Part shown: piece by piece, positions 10,020-17,358 of the stretch | Position numbering within the stretch: the first letter of the stretch is position 1 | Layout of the letters: every line of letters begins with the position of its first letter | Source: Rhodothermales bacterium | Lineage (GTDB): Bacteria; Bacteroidota; Rhodothermia; Rhodothermales; VXPQ01 | Length of the DNA stretch: 18,496 bases | Assembly: GCA_040904565.1 (NCBI GenBank) | Contig: JBBDTI010000059.1 | Span: forward strand, 1 to 18,496 | Direction of reading: 5' to 3' | Program-made: the position numbers and the translations under genes | Notes under the pieces: model-generated | What the model was told of the DNA's origin: nothing | What the model saw: the letters and a program-made list of their open reading frames with translations, nothing else | Database searches by the model: none

Positions 10020-10044
10020 TAGGTGGTCGCACACGTAAGATCAA
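10016..10044 (-). promoter_or_regulatory. Sigma70-type promoter for the MFS-SIS-ROK operon
   Basis: Minus strand reads TTGATC (10044-10039), 17 nt, then TATAAT (10021-10016). Confidence 0.7.
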
Positions 10045-10062
10045 GATCGAAAGCAAAAGGGT

Positions 10063-10830
10063 ATGGAAGCGGCGTACTTGGTGCTCCCCATATCGAACGT
10101 CGACAAGTCGGCGGACCGTCCGCTGTACGAGCAGGTGGCGGCGGACCTCCGACGGTTGATCGATGCGGGCGATCTGACGGCGGGCGCCGCCCTCCCCGCG
10201 GAGATGGACCTGGCGGACCGCTACGGGGTCAGCCGCCACACGATTCGGGCCGCTCTGGCCGAGCTCGAGGCGGAGGACCGGATCTCGCGCAGTGCCGGGC
10301 GGGGCACGTTCGTGAAGCAGCGGCGCGCGCCGACGACGTTCTACCTGGACCGCAGCTTCACGCGGCACATGGAGGAGACGGGGCGCCGCGCGCATACGGA
10401 GCTGCTGCGCGAAGAAACGGGCACGGTCGAGGCCAACGCCCCCGCGCCGCTGAGCGACCGCATCGGATCACGCTGCCTCAAGCTCGCCCGATTGCGTTTC
10501 GGAGACGACGAGCCCATCGCCTTACAGCACGCGGTCATCCTCATGTCCCGCTGCCCCGGCGTCGAGGCGTTCGACTGGGCCGACCGTTCGCTCTACGAGG
10601 TGCTGGCCCGGCGGTACGAACTCGTCATCACCCGCATCGAGCACGCCATCGGCGTCTCGTCGGCCGACCGCCGGCAGGCGCTCCTGCTGAACGTCGAGCC
10701 GGGCGCCCCTCTCCTGCGCATCGTCACGTCGTCCTTTCTGGAAGGCGACGAGCTCATCGAATGTACGACGTCGTACTATCCCGCGGACCGCTACGAATAT
10801 CGAACCGTGCACCGACTGGAAGGCAGATAA
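10063..10830 (+). CDS. GntR family transcriptional regulator, HutC/UTRA subfamily
   Basis: Winged HTH PLYEQVAADLRRLI...LPAEMDLADRYGVSRHTIRAAL...GRGTFV. C-terminal UTRA-like SFTRHM, SLYEVL and YYPADRYEY. GTG at 10081 is an alternative start. Confidence 0.92.
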   Translation: MEAAYLVLPISNVDKSADRPLYEQVAADLRRLIDAGDLTAGAALPAEMDLADRYGVSRHTIRAALAELEAEDRISRSAGRGTFVKQRRAPTTFYLDRSFTRHMEETGRRAHTELLREETGTVEANAPAPLSDRIGSRCLKLARLRFGDDEPIALQHAVILMSRCPGVEAFDWADRSLYEVLARRYELVITRIEHAIGVSSADRRQALLLNVEPGAPLLRIVTSSFLEGDELIECTTSYYPADRYEYRTVHRLEGR

Positions 10831-10908
10831 CGCCTCCAGCGGACGCGTCAATCCGATTCCGGCCGCCGGCAACACGGCATTCGGTCCCGCAACGAAAACC
10901 TTCAGCCG

Positions 10909-11607
10909 TCAGTCGGCCAGAAGCGTAAGGTTCGATACCAGCCCTTCCGTGTTGTGGCCGAATCGGATACCGTAGACCCCATCGGTAGACGCGAGACGTT
11001 CTTCACCGACCACATCGGACTTGGCGTAGCTCGCCACGGTGGTCCCGTTGATCGAGCAGGATACCTGGTCGCCATCGACCGACAGCGCGATCTGCTGTGT
11101 GACGGGCTCGCCCTGTCCATCTGCGGCATTCACCGCATCGTGCGACTCGGCGCGCGCTCCGTTCATCTGAAACGGCTCCGGACCGAATCCGCGGACGATG
11201 AACGATCCGTTCCCGTACGCGGCACAGTAGAGAAACCGAGCGCCCTCCGTGCCGAGGTCGGAGCCGCCGATGAACAGTCCGTAGGGATGCGGGTGATTGT
11301 TGAGATTCATGTACTCGGGCTCGGTAAAGGTGGCCGAAACCGTGTAATCGCCGCTCGCCGTATTCTCGGGATTCCAGTACGTCACGTTTGGACCCGTGCG
11401 CGCGTGTAGGGCCGAGCCGTCCATGGTCAGGAGCGCCTCGTCGATACCGTTGGCATTGCCGTCCAGCATGCCCATCCAGCCGGGTACGTCGATGCCGCCC
11501 TCTTCGACGGCGATGTCCTCGTCCTGCGCCGAAACGGGTGAAGCCAGGAACGCGGCGACGAGGAGAACGAGTGGAAGCGTGATGCGTGGCGTTCGGAAAC
11601 GATCCAT
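10909..11607 (-). CDS. Secreted hypothetical protein, probable beta-sandwich (concanavalin/DUF1080-like)
   Basis: Sec signal ...LVLLVAAFLASPVSA-QD. Beta-rich segments GDYTVSATF, YGLFIGG, IALSVDGDQVSCSING and GVYGIRFGH. The fold is inferred. Confidence 0.65.
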   Translation of the reverse strand: MDRFRTPRITLPLVLLVAAFLASPVSAQDEDIAVEEGGIDVPGWMGMLDGNANGIDEALLTMDGSALHARTGPNVTYWNPENTASGDYTVSATFTEPEYMNLNNHPHPYGLFIGGSDLGTEGARFLYCAAYGNGSFIVRGFGPEPFQMNGARAESHDAVNAADGQGEPVTQQIALSVDGDQVSCSINGTTVASYAKSDVVGEERLASTDGVYGIRFGHNTEGLVSNLTLLAD

Positions 11608-11749
11608 GGGAGTGCTCTTGATGTGGAGTGGGGGGTTCGCCTGCGGGGCTGCAAAACGGTGCTACGTGGAAGCCCCATTCTGTTAATTAACCGTGAAACG
11701 TCCGCCGACTGCCGTAGATCCGGAAGCGGCGCCATCCATCCGTAATCCG

Positions 11750-12508
11750 TCAGCTGAAATACAGGCCGCCGTTAATTTCGAGTGACTCACCGGTCACGAA
11801 CGAGGCCGCGTCGGACGCGAGATAGGCAATAGCGGCACCGACCTCCTCGGACGTCCCTTCGCGCCGCAGCGGTGTGGCGGCAGCCGCCTTCGCACGCACC
11901 TCATCCGCGGTAAACTCATCGTGAAACGTGGTGTCGATGAGACCGGGCGAAACGCAGTTGACCCGGATGTTGCGCGGGCCAAGTTCCTTGGCGAGTCCGC
12001 GCGTCAGCGTAAGCACGGCGCCCTTTGAGGTCGCATACGCGATCGCACCCGATCCACCTCCATTGCGCGCCGCCAGCGAGGCGTTATTGACGATCGCACC
12101 GCCTGACGGCATGTAAGGAAGTACGGCCTGGGTGACGTAGAGGACGCTGCGAAGGTTCACGTCCATCACCCGGTCCCAGAAGGCATCGTCGATCTCGTCG
12201 AAGGGCTTCCGCGCGATGATGCCGCCCGCATTATTGACCAGAATGTGGATGGCGTCGCCGAAGGCTTCCTGCGTGGCGGCAACCAGCCGGTCTACGTCGC
12301 CACGATTCGTCACGTCGGCCTGCACGGCAACGGCAAGACCTCCGACGGCTTCGACCGCGCGAACCGTTTCCTCCGCCTGGGCCTCGCTGCGGTTGTAATT
12401 AACGACGATCGACGCGCCGCCTTCCGCCAGCTTCTGGCAGACGCCGCGGCCGATGTCGCGGGCCCCGCCGGTTACGAGGGCGACCCTTCCAGTGAAGTCA
12501 AGCTGCAT
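11750..12508 (-). CDS. Classical SDR family oxidoreductase (possibly DEH-reductase-like)
   Basis: TGGARDIG, LVNNAGG, catalytic YATSK, IRVNCVSPG and terminal INGGLYFS. ATG at 12508; GTG 12514 is an alternative. Confidence 0.9.
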   Translation of the reverse strand: MQLDFTGRVALVTGGARDIGRGVCQKLAEGGASIVVNYNRSEAQAEETVRAVEAVGGLAVAVQADVTNRGDVDRLVAATQEAFGDAIHILVNNAGGIIARKPFDEIDDAFWDRVMDVNLRSVLYVTQAVLPYMPSGGAIVNNASLAARNGGGSGAIAYATSKGAVLTLTRGLAKELGPRNIRVNCVSPGLIDTTFHDEFTADEVRAKAAAATPLRREGTSEEVGAAIAYLASDAASFVTGESLEINGGLYFS

Positions 12509-12709
12509 GGCCACGAATCGTGTGATGATGAAGAATGCGTTCCGCTGTAATAGCTCGTCGCGGCAAATTAGATGTCCGAGGGGCCATGTTCAAACACGAG
12601 GCTTCAATCGACGCCTACTTCATCAGCGTCATGGGACGCGTACGATCGTCATCCACCGAATAGGCGCCCCGCCGTGATCCACCGTTCAGATACCGCGAGT
12701 CGACCCCCA

Positions 12710-14020
12710 TTACGCCCGGCGCAGCGTCAGCAAGGTGATTTCCGGGCGGATGCCCAGGCGCAGCGGCGGCCCGACCGTGCCAAGCCCACGGTTGACGTAG
12801 AGGAACTGGGATCCTCGTCCATCCGCGCGCGGCTCGCTGTAGAGTCCACCCCACCGCTCGTACCGCAGCTGCGCGAGGCTCCAGCGGATGGGTCCAAATT
12901 CGAACCCGAACTGTCCACCGTGCGTGTGCCCGCACAGCATGAGGTCGATGTCGGCGTAGTCCGGCCGGACTTCCAGGTCCCAGAAGGTGGGGTCGTGTGC
13001 GAGCAGGATCTGCGCGTTCTCGCGATCCGCTCCCTCTCGTGCCGGGATGCCCTCGACGGCGCGAGGCAGATCTCCGTAATGCTGCCGGAAGCCCGTATTG
13101 TCGGTACCGATCACGTGCAGCAGGGCCCCGTCCACCTCCAGCGTGCGGTGGGTATTGACGAGCAGGTCGACCGGCGTCTCGCGCAGCTGGGCGACGAGGT
13201 GGTCGGTGTCGGCGTAGTGATCGTGATTGCCGAGGCACCCGAAGATGCCGACCTCCGCATGCATGTCGTGCATCGCGGGAAGCACCCGGGCCATCTCCGC
13301 CGTGTCGTGGTTGACGTAGTCGCCGGTAAGCGCGATCAGGTCCGGGCGAAGCTCGTTGACGATCGCCACGGCGTCACGCATGGGGCGCTCGCTGAACAGC
13401 GAGCCGGCGTGCAGATCCGACAGCTGCGCGATCCGGAGCCCCTCGAACGCGCGCGGCAGCCCGGCGACGGACACGTCCACCTGCCGGACGGCAAAGTCGT
13501 ATACCGTACGATACACGCCGTAGCCCGTGAGAATGAAGGGCATGGCGGCAGCCGACCAGCCCAATCGCTGGAGAAATTCCCCCCGCGTCATGTCGGGTGC
13601 GTCCTCCACGGTGGAGGACGCACCGGTGGACGGCGTGACGGAATCCTTGCCTGCGATCTCTCTCACGAGGCTCTCTCCAGCACCGCGGTCGACCGCCATA
13701 CCTCGCCCTAGCCGCTGCAGCAGCCGGAAGGCATCCTTCGCGAGAAGCACGGCGACGATCGGCACCTTCGGCAGGTAATACAGGGCCCACAGGCTGAAAA
13801 ACAGCGCGCGTGCCAGCCGCGGCTCGACCTCCCACCAGCTGTAGAGATTGAGGTAAAGGGGAAGAGTGAACGGCATCACGAACATCAGCACGCGGTAGAC
13901 GCGGAGCGTCCACCGGAGGCGGTTCCAATGCCGCGCGACCGTCTTCCACGTGAGATACACGTAGGCGTCCAGCAGCAGAAGCGCGGACGTCAGGACGATC
14001 ATGGGCACGAGATATCTCAT
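12710..14020 (-). CDS. Membrane-anchored metallophosphoesterase (YkuE/YaeI-like)
   Basis: About three N-terminal TM segments, then calcineurin-like motifs SDLH, TGDY, LGNHD, LAHDP, CGHTHGGQ and YVNRGLG. Confidence 0.9.
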   Translation of the reverse strand: MRYLVPMIVLTSALLLLDAYVYLTWKTVARHWNRLRWTLRVYRVLMFVMPFTLPLYLNLYSWWEVEPRLARALFFSLWALYYLPKVPIVAVLLAKDAFRLLQRLGRGMAVDRGAGESLVREIAGKDSVTPSTGASSTVEDAPDMTRGEFLQRLGWSAAAMPFILTGYGVYRTVYDFAVRQVDVSVAGLPRAFEGLRIAQLSDLHAGSLFSERPMRDAVAIVNELRPDLIALTGDYVNHDTAEMARVLPAMHDMHAEVGIFGCLGNHDHYADTDHLVAQLRETPVDLLVNTHRTLEVDGALLHVIGTDNTGFRQHYGDLPRAVEGIPAREGADRENAQILLAHDPTFWDLEVRPDYADIDLMLCGHTHGGQFGFEFGPIRWSLAQLRYERWGGLYSEPRADGRGSQFLYVNRGLGTVGPPLRLGIRPEITLLTLRRA

Positions 14021-14138
14021 GTCGGCATTAACGGCGCATGCCGGCTACGGGTTCGCGGCCGGAATCGAGCGAACGAGCAATGGGACCCGCCGTCCGATTC
14101 CCACTGAACGCCCTAGGCGAGATCCGCGATTACCCGGC

Positions 14139-14167
14139 TTGATACTAGTCACGTCGTGGCGTACTCT
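14139..14167 (+). promoter_or_regulatory. Sigma70-type promoter upstream of the structured leader and TPR-like gene
   Basis: TTGATA (14139-14144), 17 nt, then TACTCT (14162-14167). Confidence 0.55.
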
Positions 14168-14172
14168 GCTTA

Positions 14173-14322
14173 ATAACGATGACGTTTTCTAACGATGATA
14201 CCGCACTTCCGGCGGTCGCCGAGCATCGGGTGTCGTATCATCGGATTGATCCGCCCGCCTGTTTCTCCGTCTGCGTCATCGTGATAGACCGACGCGAGGC
14301 CTTCGCGGAGAAGGGACCCTTC
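14173..14322 (+). ncRNA. Candidate structured RNA or 5' leader, no recognised family
   Basis: Nested stems 14173-14185/14273-14285 and 14193-14201/14235-14243, plus hairpins at 14293-14307 and 14310-14322. It begins just after a predicted -10. Confidence 0.35.
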
Positions 14323-14344
14323 CCCAAGAACGTGGAATCCTGCC

Positions 14345-15955
14345 ATGCTTATTCGTCGTCTTCTCATCGCCCTCTTCACGGTTCCGCTTCTCACCCTCCC
14401 TCCCACCGCCGCGGCACAAGGAGAGTACGGCCGCATCGAATTCGAGACGAGCTGCGATGCGGACGTCGCTGAATCGTTCAACCGGGCCGTCGCGCTGCTG
14501 CATCACATGATGTACGAGCAGTCGGAGGCCGTCTTCCAGGACGTTTTAGCGGTGGACCCGGATTGTGCGATGGCCCGGTGGGGCATCGCCATGACCCAGC
14601 TCCATCCGCTCTGGGCACCACCCACGAGCACCGAACTCGCCAAAGGGGAGGGTTCGTCGACCTGGGCCATGGAAGCGGGACCGGCCGGTGGACGCGAGCA
14701 GGCCTACGTGGAGGCCGTCCGCGCGTTCTTTCACACGGAGGGAAGTTTCCGGGACCGTCTCGCTGCCTGGGAGTCAGCACAGGCGAACCTTTACGAGACG
14801 TACCCTGAGGACGTGGATGCCGCCGCCTTCTATGCACTGTCGCGGCTGGCGACCGCCCAGCCGGACGACCGGACGTTCAACCGGCAGGCCGAGACGGGCG
14901 AGCTGCTCGAGTCCCTTCGCGACGAGCATCCGGAGCATCCCGGGCTCTTCCACTACACCATCCACGCGTACGACAATCCCGTTCTGGCGGAGCGGGCGGT
15001 GGAAGTGGCGCGCGCCTACGACCAGATCGCACCCGAAGTCGCTCACGCACTGCATATGCCGTCGCACATCTTCGTGCGGCTCGGCTACTGGGGCGACGTC
15101 ATCTCGTGGAACCGTCGCTCGGCCGACGCCGCGTTGAATCATGCGATCGGCGGCCAGACGTCCATGCACTATCCTCATGCGATGGACTACTACGTGTACG
15201 GCCATCTGCAGATCGGCCAGGATGAGTCCGGCGAAGCGGCCGTACGCGAGCTCTACGGCCACGGGCCGTTTCAGCCACACCTGGGGTCGGCCTACGCCCT
15301 GGCCGCAACGCCGGCCCGCGTCGCGCTGGAACGTCGCGACTGGCCGGCGGCGGCCGCCCTTGACGTGCGAGATCCCGAATCATTCCCCTGGGAACGCTTC
15401 CCGGCGGCCGAGTCCATCACCTGGTTCGCACGTGGACTCGGCAGTGCCATGCAGGGAGATGAGAACGCCGCAAAGACAGCGATCGGGCGGCTGACTGAGC
15501 TGCACGATGCGCTCCTCGATGCAGGAGAGGACTACTGGGCCGTTCACACCGAGGCGCAGCGTATGGCGATCGAGGCGTGGGTCGCCTTCAAATCGGACGC
15601 GACGGGCGAGGCCCGATCGCAGATGGAAGGGGCCGCCGACCTCGAAGATTCGGTCGACAAGCATCCCGTCACACCCGGCTCGGTCCTTCCGATGCGCGAG
15701 CTGTACGGGGAGATGCTCTTGCAGGTAGACCGGCCGGCCGACGCGCTCGAAGCGTTTGAGTCCAGCCTCTCGGTATCTCCAGGCCGCCTCAACAGTCTGA
15801 CGGGTGCCGCGCGTGCCGCGGAGCTTGCCGGACGAGAAGATGCGGCGGCGCGGTACTACGAGGAAGCGGCGGACCTGCTCGAGGGCCGGTCCGGCGACGC
15901 CCGCCTGGACCGCCCGCGCATGGACTCCGTCCACGCCTTCCTGAGCGCTAACTAG
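14345..15955 (+). CDS. Secreted TPR-like alpha-helical protein with His-rich motifs
   Basis: Signal peptide ending ...PPTAAA-Q. Helical repeats such as VLAVDPDCAMARWGIA and ALEAFESSLSVSPGRLNSL. Motifs HPGLFHYTIHAYD and HALHMPSHIF. Confidence 0.8.
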   Translation: MLIRRLLIALFTVPLLTLPPTAAAQGEYGRIEFETSCDADVAESFNRAVALLHHMMYEQSEAVFQDVLAVDPDCAMARWGIAMTQLHPLWAPPTSTELAKGEGSSTWAMEAGPAGGREQAYVEAVRAFFHTEGSFRDRLAAWESAQANLYETYPEDVDAAAFYALSRLATAQPDDRTFNRQAETGELLESLRDEHPEHPGLFHYTIHAYDNPVLAERAVEVARAYDQIAPEVAHALHMPSHIFVRLGYWGDVISWNRRSADAALNHAIGGQTSMHYPHAMDYYVYGHLQIGQDESGEAAVRELYGHGPFQPHLGSAYALAATPARVALERRDWPAAAALDVRDPESFPWERFPAAESITWFARGLGSAMQGDENAAKTAIGRLTELHDALLDAGEDYWAVHTEAQRMAIEAWVAFKSDATGEARSQMEGAADLEDSVDKHPVTPGSVLPMRELYGEMLLQVDRPADALEAFESSLSVSPGRLNSLTGAARAAELAGREDAAARYYEEAADLLEGRSGDARLDRPRMDSVHAFLSAN

Positions 15956-16035
15956 CGTCCGAAGTAGCCGGTCTGGCGTGAGGGACGGACGTCAACGTCG
16001 CCAGGCGTGATGCTCGCGCGCCGAGGTCGCCGGCC

Positions 16036-16512
16036 TTACGCCCCTCCAGGCTGCTGCCGGCCTACATATCCCAGCTCCCTGTAAATCTCGAGATTGTGCT
16101 CGACTCGCTCTTCGTAGCGCGTGCCGTCGCGCGCGCGGTAGTGCACGCGGACCTTGACGCGTGTGGGCTCGTCTCGGTGGAAGTAGGACGCGCTCGTGTC
16201 GAGAAACGTCTCGATGCGTCGGCCGGGCGCCAGATAGGTCAGGTCGTTGAAGAGCGGAAGCTCCGTGACGTTCTTCGCGCCCCCCACGCCCGTGAAGGAA
16301 GGCGCAAACTCCACGCCCACGTCGAGGGCAGGTACGGAACCGATGTTGCGGATGGATATGAAAAACAGTCCATCACGAAATTCGAAATCGAGGACGACGT
16401 CCGGCCGGCGATCCTCGTCGACCGACCGCTCCCCTTTACCCGAAAAGACCTCGCGTGGATTGAACCGGCTAAAATCGAGCTTGAAACGTGGCATGTTCGG
16501 CGCGTCACTCAC
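16036..16512 (-). CDS. Hypothetical protein, probable Ig-like beta-sandwich, translationally coupled to the tube gene
   Basis: The GTG start at 16512 overlaps the tube stop (GTGA); ATG 16494 is an alternative. Alternating beta pattern PDVVLDFEF, FISIRNIG, LAPGRRIETF and VKVRVHY. Confidence 0.7.
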   Translation of the reverse strand: MSDAPNMPRFKLDFSRFNPREVFSGKGERSVDEDRRPDVVLDFEFRDGLFFISIRNIGSVPALDVGVEFAPSFTGVGGAKNVTELPLFNDLTYLAPGRRIETFLDTSASYFHRDEPTRVKVRVHYRARDGTRYEERVEHNLEIYRELGYVGRQQPGGA

Positions 16513-16943
16513 GGAGCCTGAATCGTCAATCCTTCGTGCGCCAGGACCAACGTCTCGATGGCGACGTCGTTTCCTGACGCGACAAGAAGCGGTCCTTCGA
16601 GTCGGGTCGGGAACGCGTTCTTGATCTTCCAGACCCTCATCGGCTCGTGATTCTCATCGAGCAGGCTGACGGTCACGTCGCGCCGCTCGACGGCATGAAG
16701 CTGGATCGTGTTGATCCAATTGAAAAACTCGTTGTCCGACTCGAAGACGCCCCGCTTCAGCACGATGTCGTCGTAGGTGACGCGACCCGGCATTTTGGTA
16801 GGCGTATATTCAGGACTGGATCCTTCGCGGTACTCGACCACCTCCACGGTCATGCCGAGGCCCGACACTTCCGAAAACCCGATCCGGGTGCCGCCCCATT
16901 CCACGGAAAAATGAATGTTCGGCTGTGGATACTCCCTGGCCAT
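16509..16943 (-). CDS. Phage T4 gp19-like / eCIS (Afp1/Afp5-like) tail tube protein, 144 aa
   Basis: Start trimmed to ATG 16943 (MAREYPQPNIHFSVEWGG). Tube motifs GFSEVSGL, VEYREG, KMPGRVTYDDIVLKRG, RRDVTVSLLDE...WKIKNAFP and VAIETLVLAHEGL. Confidence 0.9.
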   Translation of the reverse strand: MAREYPQPNIHFSVEWGGTRIGFSEVSGLGMTVEVVEYREGSSPEYTPTKMPGRVTYDDIVLKRGVFESDNEFFNWINTIQLHAVERRDVTVSLLDENHEPMRVWKIKNAFPTRLEGPLLVASGNDVAIETLVLAHEGLTIQAP

Positions 16944-17008
16944 GCGTGCCTGCTCCGATACGTGATCGATGTCGTTCGTGTACGGCAAGGTAGGCAACGA
17001 GCGTCGCC

Positions 17009-17041
17009 TCATCCACCCGCCGAACAGTCATCCACCTGCCG
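17009..17041. repeat. 14-bp imperfect direct repeat upstream of the tube gene
   Basis: TCATCCACCCGCCG (17009-17022) and TCATCCACCTGCCG (17028-17041), period 19 bp. Confidence 0.5.
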
Positions 17042-17042
17042 G

Positions 17043-17288
17043 TCAGTGGCAATGCCCATGCGCGGCGGACCAGACCTGTCCGGGCGGGCAGTCCGGAGCC
17101 CCGCCCTGGTCGCCCAGATTCGAGAAGGCCATGCTGGCGAGGATAATGCCGAGGACGACGAGAATGGCTACCCCTGCCCCCATGATGAGGCTGTTGTCCG
17201 TCCACTTCGTCTTGCCTTCGCAGCAATGCTTGTACTTCAGCCCGCTTCCGCAGGGGCAGGGATCGTTGCGACTGGGTTCGGCTGACAT
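17043..17288 (-). CDS. Small SEC-C motif membrane protein, 81 aa
   Basis: [18 protein letters not shown] (SEC-C), one TM helix ([22 protein letters not shown]) and C-terminal [15 protein letters not shown]. Confidence 0.82.
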   Translation of the reverse strand: MSAEPSRNDPCPCGSGLKYKHCCEGKTKWTDNSLIMGAGVAILVVLGIILASMAFSNLGDQGGAPDCPPGQVWSAAHGHCH

Positions 17289-17358
17289 CACACGTGCTCA
17301 AATTGGAATGAAAGGCGACATCCGGCACCGGCGATGCCCGGCGCCGTGCCTGCCCGGT

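Noticed and set aside
11682-11691. GTTAATTAAC palindrome upstream of the secreted protein
   Set aside because: It is only 10 bp, with no second copy or candidate regulator, which is too little to call an operator.
15956-16035. Possible terminators in convergent gaps (also 6074-6108 and 10831-10908)
   Set aside because: Only weak GC stems are present, with no U-tracts.
16944-17012. 23-codon upstream extension of the tube ORF
   Set aside because: Tube-like sequence starts at MAREYP, with GGAG/CAGG upstream. The extension covers the putative promoter.
16036-17288. Prophage interpretation of the tail-tube region
   Set aside because: No integrase, capsid, terminase, att-like repeats or other phage genes are present, and the tube looks eCIS-type.
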